From the NCBI GenBank assembly GCA_001642005.1, contig LWCA01000278.1, positions 1 to 34,839 of the forward strand: a stretch of DNA of 34,839 bases. The letters run 5' to 3'. Under the pieces are notes generated by a model that was not told the DNA's origin, did not search any database, and worked only from the letters and a program-made list of their open reading frames with translations. This DNA comes from Intoshia linei (Eukaryota; Animalia; Orthonectida). Below are positions 28,201 to 34,839 of this stretch, piece by piece. Position numbers and translations under genes: made by a program. Each line of letters begins with the position of its first letter. The stretch's first letter is position 1.

Positions 28201-31200
28201 GTACTAAAATATTTATTTATTAATAAATCAAAATACACTCAAATTACCTCGTTGTAGAGGTTGTGGGAGTTGTGGTAGTTGAAGTGGTTGGAGTCGTTGT
28301 TGTACTTGTAGACGAACTAATAATTATATTTAGAAAACAAATTAAATAAATTGACTATTGAAATTAATGCTACCTAGAAAACATATAATAGTCTTATAGA
28401 TATTTCAAATATACATTATTAGTGTAAAGCTGACAAAAAATGCATATCAATAATGTCTAAACGTTGTTGGTATCATTATTAGAATGATGATATTAACTGT
28501 TCTCATTTAAAACTTTTAATATTATCATTTAAAATTACGTTGAAATGGTAGAAGTAGGTGTTGTTGTAGTTGTTGTTGGAGTAGTGGTTGTAGTTGTTGG
28601 AGTAGTAGAAGTAGTTGAAGTACTACTAAATTAGATTTATTGTAAATAATGTTTAAAACAGTACACATTAAAAATAAACTAATATACATTTACAAAATAT
28701 TATACCTTGAAGTACTTGAACTTGTCGTTGAAGTGCTAAATATTAAAATAAAAAAAATGTAATTCAAATATTAAAAAGATATTACCTGGTAGTTGTTGGG
28801 GTAGTAGTTGTTGTAGTTGTAGTAGTTGGGGTAGTAGTAGTAGAAGAAGTTGTCGTAGTAGTGGGTGTACTATAATAATGTTGAATTTATGGTAGTAATA
28901 TTATATTTAATTTTCGAATTTTTTGAATAAACTTACGTGGATGTAGTCAAAGTACTAAATTATACGATTATGATATGAATAAAAATGTCATTTAAACTAA
29001 ATTACCTTGAAGTAGAAGTGGAAGATGTAGTTGTGGGAGTTGTTGTCGTTGTTGAAGTAGAAGTTGTGCTGGTTGATGTGGTTGGACTTCTAATACAATG
29101 TAAAATTGAAAAAATTAATGTTATAAAATGTCATACGTAGTTGACGTCGTACTAAAATATAGTATAAATGATTATATAAATACAAACGTGGGAGTAGATG
29201 ATGTTGAAACAGTTGTACTTGTTGTTGAAGTTGTAGTACTTGTTGGACAATCAGTTATATTGACGCATATGCCATCTAGAATGTATATAAGAGTGGACAA
29301 AGTAATTCATACGATGTAAAACCAAATCTCTCTCACAGAAGCATCCGGCATAACAAGGAATATCACTGCAATTGTTGTGATTGTGAGGATGAATTCCAAT
29401 ATGGTGTTTATGTTGATGATTTCCACCAATTCCTAGACCATTAGCATTAGAGTTCTGGTACAAATGCATATCCCAGTAATTATCGCAAGTTAACTATATA
29501 GAATTTAAGTTACATTTTAACACGTAAATCAATAAATTAACTTGAATTCCACAAGGATGATAGTGAGTGCAATGATCACACATGATCGCTATAAATTTAT
29601 AATGAATTTTTAAATTTTAATAAATTGAAAATGTGTGCATTACGGCACAAATGTTGAGTTCTCCAATACACGTGAATTCCAACCAATGAACATTGAGATG
29701 CAAAATTTGAAATGGCAGTACAAACACATTCACATGCTCCTCCGGTTCGACAACTAAATTAACATTTAACATATGTTTTATTTTGTAAAAATACGCGCAG
29801 GCTTCATTAAGACATTCTTCATAGAAGTGCATGTACGAAGTAGCGCCCAAAACATCTCGGCATTCCTATTAATGAAAATGAATTTAAAAAACAAGATTAC
29901 TTCAAATTCAGGTCCTAATTTGATAATACGACAAACTTTGATGGCCCAAAGTTTACGGTTGTTTCTCTAAAATATTTGTAAAGTCACTTTGAGCATGTTG
30001 TTTTACCTCCAAACATTTTTCTGTGACGGCATTTTGAGTTGAATATGTTTGACATGGTTGGTAATCCAACATGTACTTATCGGTATATTCCAATACTGAC
30101 AACGAAACTTCATTAAATTCAAAATCGTTCATAGACATTCCATTGTAGTCACCGCAAAGTCCAGTCGTTGTCCCCATGCTGATATTTGGCATATATACGT
30201 GAACACGAGCTCCAACTAAAAAATTTTGATGAAATAATAATAACAAAAACTTTTCATATTCGATAAAAGATTAAAATTAGATTAAAATAGTTTACTTCTA
30301 TCCCAGTGAATAACGAATTTTGAAGAATATAAAACCACCCATATATTGTTGACATCAACAAACATGTTTTTGGCGTCCAATAAATTAATTTCCGGGTTAC
30401 TGATGAAATTTTTTGCGTTATGTAATGAAATTTCAATATCATCAATCATGATTGTAATTGCAATGGAGCAAGGCCTATCGTGATAGGTGCATAATTCCCT
30501 TTGCATCACAATTTCGACATCATCGTTTTTGACCAAAACAAATTTGCAAATACTGTTCAAATAGTAATGCGCATTATCGAAGGTCGTAATAGACCAACCA
30601 TGGACATTGCATTGTTGCATTGGGTGGAAACTTGTATCTTCCATAAGCTTCCATTCAAAGTCGTAGCATTTACTAATAAATGTATTTATATAAATAAAAC
30701 GTTTAAAGCAGCGCTCAACAACCTTAACGGTTCAACCAGTTTCTTATAATTAAACTTACTATGAAAGACATCCTTTTACGATTATACTTCCTGGTCCATA
30801 TGCTTTTCCACTGTAGTAACATGGGCATTTATTTTTTTCGACACATTTCCCCTAAAATTGTTTTATTAATTAAAATGCATTATAAACTTGATCGTTGTAA
30901 TATAATCCTTCAGGACAACCACACGCATTTTTTTCATGAACAAATGAAGGGCATTCCAATTCACTGTTAATATCTCTGCATAGTTTACCACAAAGTGGAC
31001 TCTTTTTTAAAAGTTGAGTATTTTTGCTGCATCGATCACAATTTTCACAATCCCATTTTCCATTTTGACACAAACTACAATATTGGATGTCATATACATA
31101 TATAATGTCATATAAAAAACATGTCATATAAAAAAAAAGATAAATTTTGAAAATCAATGAAATTACCATTTTTTACAAGATGGGGTTGCAATTGAAGCTC

Positions 31201-34200
31201 CAGAATTGTGATAGACAATGGAACCATCAATGTTAACAGGGTAATAACAACTACACTCTTTGATGTGTTTACATCTTGACAGATGATCTTTTAGGTAATT
31301 GTTACCACATCTACACCCTTGTACGCTTATATAATTGTCCGAAACAACGTCAAATTGTTGACCCAAGCAAGTAAATATTTGTCCTTCTGAATAATCAAAA
31401 TAGATTTCATTTTCTTTACATTCATACTCGGGAAGAGCTAAAAATTCATACTTATTTAATGTGAAATAGCTAAAATATACATGTATGTCTGTAAATTTGT
31501 CTGTTTGCCCATAATCATTTAATTATCAAAGAAAGAGGTCTAGAATTTTAAAAATACAAAATCTAGGAGGGCTTTTAAAATTATAAATTTAATTTATAAA
31601 TCTATCATAAACTTCAACATGAAAAACGCATTTTACTATTTAGATATTTAGATATTAAAATTTTTTATTTTTTAGGCTCATATTCCAAATCAAAAATGGA
31701 CACCTTCACCGTTGATTTTAAAATTAACACGAAAGACATAACAGACAAGCTATTATTTATCTAATTACTAGAGCAAGATTCCTCATTTGGCAATATTTTC
31801 TTGTAAATCCATTCACTCAAGTCTAAATGTTTAATACCATTCAAAATCGCTTCATGGATAAAATCAGCCATTAAAGCGCACAAAATTCTAGCATGTTGCT
31901 TGTAATCATTTTCCACAATTTTGTCAACACACCTGGCAATTGTTTCATCGACTTCATCTATTTCAATAACTTTTTGACAATTTGTAAAGACGGGGTGTTT
32001 GAAAACCTTGCAAACACTTCTAGCATAAGCTAAAGTGGATTTGGAAGGTAATTTTTTGGATCCCAAAGTATGGATGCTTTCTTTCACAGTGTTCAGATTG
32101 CATTGAGATCTGTACATTAAAACATATGATTCCTCATCACCTCCATCGAGTGAGTTATCCAATCTAATGTCATCAGTTACTTTCTCATTGTTATTTCCTA
32201 AACTTTAATTAATATTTAAATTTTTCCACAAAACCGCATAATCCTTTGACCTAAAATTATTATAAAATAAATTTAAAGCAAAACAACCTTTTTGTGTAAA
32301 ACTTCAGAAGCTTTAATGTATATACGTTGGAATTTAGTGTCATATGCGACAACAATTGTTTTATAGGAAACAGTTGTTATTTGATTGGTGGGTTGCTAAA
32401 AATAATAACTACATTTGAATAAACCAAACCTTGATGACGAATGATTTGTATTCATAAGGAATAGCCGATACATCTTCAACAGATAAAGATATTTCACCAA
32501 TTCTTACGTGACCCGACGAGGTAACAGTTACTGTTGTCTCATGATCCGTTATAATGATTTCATCAATAACATTTCCATGGTCAAATCTAGCGGAAATTTC
32601 AAAATCATTGTGCTAAATTAAATGGAAATATTTAAAATGACATTTCTAACATTGTAAATTTAAATAAAACCTTGACAAGCACGTATTTACAGGCTTTAGT
32701 TTCAATTTTGTATCTGTAATTATCAAAAGTTTTAATGCTTGGAGCACTAAATCCCATTATTCGACAATAAGACTCACAACCTTCGCCTTCTTTTGTTTTA
32801 TCACATTCCCATTCGCCACGTTCTTTACATGTACTAAAATGATACTTTACAATTTCCAATCAAATTTAGTACCATTGCACACATTTTATTTTTACTGAAA
32901 CTCCAACACTGTATGAATTTCCGTTGTAAATACAAGGACAACTTGAAACAGGTATGCAATTTTTTTTGTGATCAACATGGTCTAATAGAGGATGTAATTA
33001 GAATTAATTAAATTAATTTTTTTACTTGGATTAATGCAATGACATCCAGCGTAATTGAATTTGGCTGGTTTTTCTTTGAAATCCATGCAAGTTTTAGGGT
33101 ATCCGTTTCGATATGACATGTCAGCTCTAGGACATTTTGGAACTATAAATATACATTTACATTAAATAATAAATAAATAATGTTAAAGTTACTTGACTCG
33201 CAAACGGCATCCCATTGCAAATCGTTATCAGGGTTTTCTAAAGCCATAAGAGAGAAAATGGGGCATTTTGAATCATTTTCTTGGCATAACAATTTACTGC
33301 ACATTTTTTGCAAGATTCGAACATTATTTTTCTATTTATTGTTTAAATTATTCAATTAAAATAAATACATGAAATATTCATAAATATTATAAAAATTTAG
33401 AAAAATCTAAAATTACATAAAACGGATTGTCTTGGAACGCAATCATGTAGTTGCATCTGTTGGTGGCAGAATCTTGGGATTCTTGAGGACATTGATGTTG
33501 AACAATTTTACAATTTTCAATTATGCACTATATTAAAGTTACAAGTATTAAATTAGTAAATACATTATCTCCATAAACGAAAAGATTGGATAATCGTGGA
33601 ATGCAAATTTCATCATCATTATGTTCCTTTGAAACATATGCTAAATGTACAATTAAATTATTATAAAATTAAAAGGCAAACCTTTAATATCTTCTTCTGT
33701 TACTGCACAAAAACCACCAAAATCAGCTGGCTTCAATCGTTCAGTGTATATTCTCCAAAATCTCATGAGTTTATCAATAGAAATTTTGATTGAAAAAATT
33801 TCCAATTCAACCAATAATTTTGCTCGACGTGAAATCATGGCTCCTTTATAATGTAACGTTGATTTTAATAATTACAACCATTTACCTAGTACAAAGTCTG
33901 TCTCACTTTCATATGAATATTCTTCATCATTTAAATACAAAACTCCTCTGTCGAATTCAAAAATTACATTTTCGCCGTTAAAGTTGTATGATATTATTAT
34001 GTTGTTAAACTAAATTGATATATAATATATGCTATAATAGATAAACGAAAGAGATGAACATTAATTAATAAATTATGTATAATAAAATTTATTTTTATTC
34101 AAAAAGTTTTTCACACATTTTTCTGCCTTTTTCAATAATAAAATAAATTTTTACCAAAATACGCAATATAAACCATCGGCGAAAAGTAGATACATAAAGT

Positions 34201-34839
34201 GATTTGAAAAAATTAAATTTAATTTACCATTTCAATGCTACTTGTTTCATCTTTGCAGTTGAATTTAACATCTATTATTAAGGTGCCTTCCAGAAAATCG
34301 AAAATTCGATATTTACAAGATTTTGGATGCCAATAAAACACTCTTCCATTTAATAATTTCATTGAAGACCATTTTGCATTTCCAACAGAGAAGCACGAAA
34401 ATTCTTCGTTATCTCCTTCATTCTGTACACATTCTAAAATTTATTTATTATTAATTGCATTTGTTTATGCTTATTAAATTACTTTCCATATGTCCGTCAT
34501 AATCGTATATTTTTCCAACGTTTTTATTCAAATCTAAATCAGCGCTATCTTTATATTTACGTGTTATTTTTATTTCATCCTTTTGTATAGATTTTTGCCT
34601 TTCGTCGTCTTCCTCACGTCGTCTTGCATCATTTATTGCTTCATCTTCGTTATTAATTTTATTTGTGGGTCTGTTGCCATTGTCATGGTTATCATTCTCA
34701 TCCCACCTATCGTTATCTTTTTCTCCTACATTTTCATTGGTATTATTATCGTTATCTCTATTGTTCCTTTCTTTTGTAGGTCGTTTTCCATTGTCGTGAC
34801 CATCATTTTCATCCCACCTATCATTATCTTTTTCTCTTA
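25296..34839 (-). CDS. Gel-forming mucin/VWF-like protein, 5'-partial: D/N-rich repeats, 3x VWD-C8-TIL, PTS domain, C-terminal cystine-knot-like domain
   Basis: VWD starts: CFSVGNAKW..CKYRIF (~34400), CRIMGFSAPSIKTFDNYRY..CKYVLV (~32760) and CNVHGWSITTFDNAHY..CKFVLV with GLCGDYNG (~30600-30140). Cys-rich TIL exons are present. T/P/S exons span 25700-29250. Terminal Cys-rich exons (LGYCYGCC...CACSSC) end at a stop at 25296. Many short GT-AG introns; not all exons were resolved. Confidence 0.88.
25764..29250 (-). repeat. Low-complexity Thr/Pro/Ser-coding exon array (ACN codon repeats)
   Basis: (gtt/gta/gtg)n on the + strand encodes TPTTTT-like repeats on the - strand, split by AT-rich introns. 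Confidence 0.9.
34677..34837 (-). repeat. 111-bp (37-aa) coding tandem repeat, truncated by window end
   Basis: EKDNDRWDENDGHDNGKRPT and EKDNDRWDENDNHDNGNRPT lie 111 bp apart in the open exon 34483-34839. Confidence 0.8.

Overview
Very AT-rich, compact animal genomic DNA with many 34-55 bp GT-AG introns. This style resembles the orthonectid Intoshia linei, but that assignment is inference only. Manual splicing gives seven protein-coding genes: PBX/extradenticle (+, 9 exons), ADAT3/Tad3 (-, intronless), RIOK1 (-, intronless), selenoprotein K (+, 4 exons), a divergent MBD2/3 (-, 7 exons), a short XPA (+, 5 exons) and a 5'-partial gel-forming mucin-like gene (-). The ORF track largely misses SELENOK and MBD2/3. 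SELENOK has an in-frame UGA (GGG-U-G-stop) and a clear SECIS. The MBD2/3 has lost its methyl-CpG-reading residues. The mucin Thr/Pro/Ser domain is built from about 20 frame-symmetric phase-2 exons and micro-exons. Introns and intergenic DNA carry hAT, piggyBac and foldback MITEs, a hAT transposase remnant and a decayed Ty3/gypsy pol. All gene models and alignments were done by eye.
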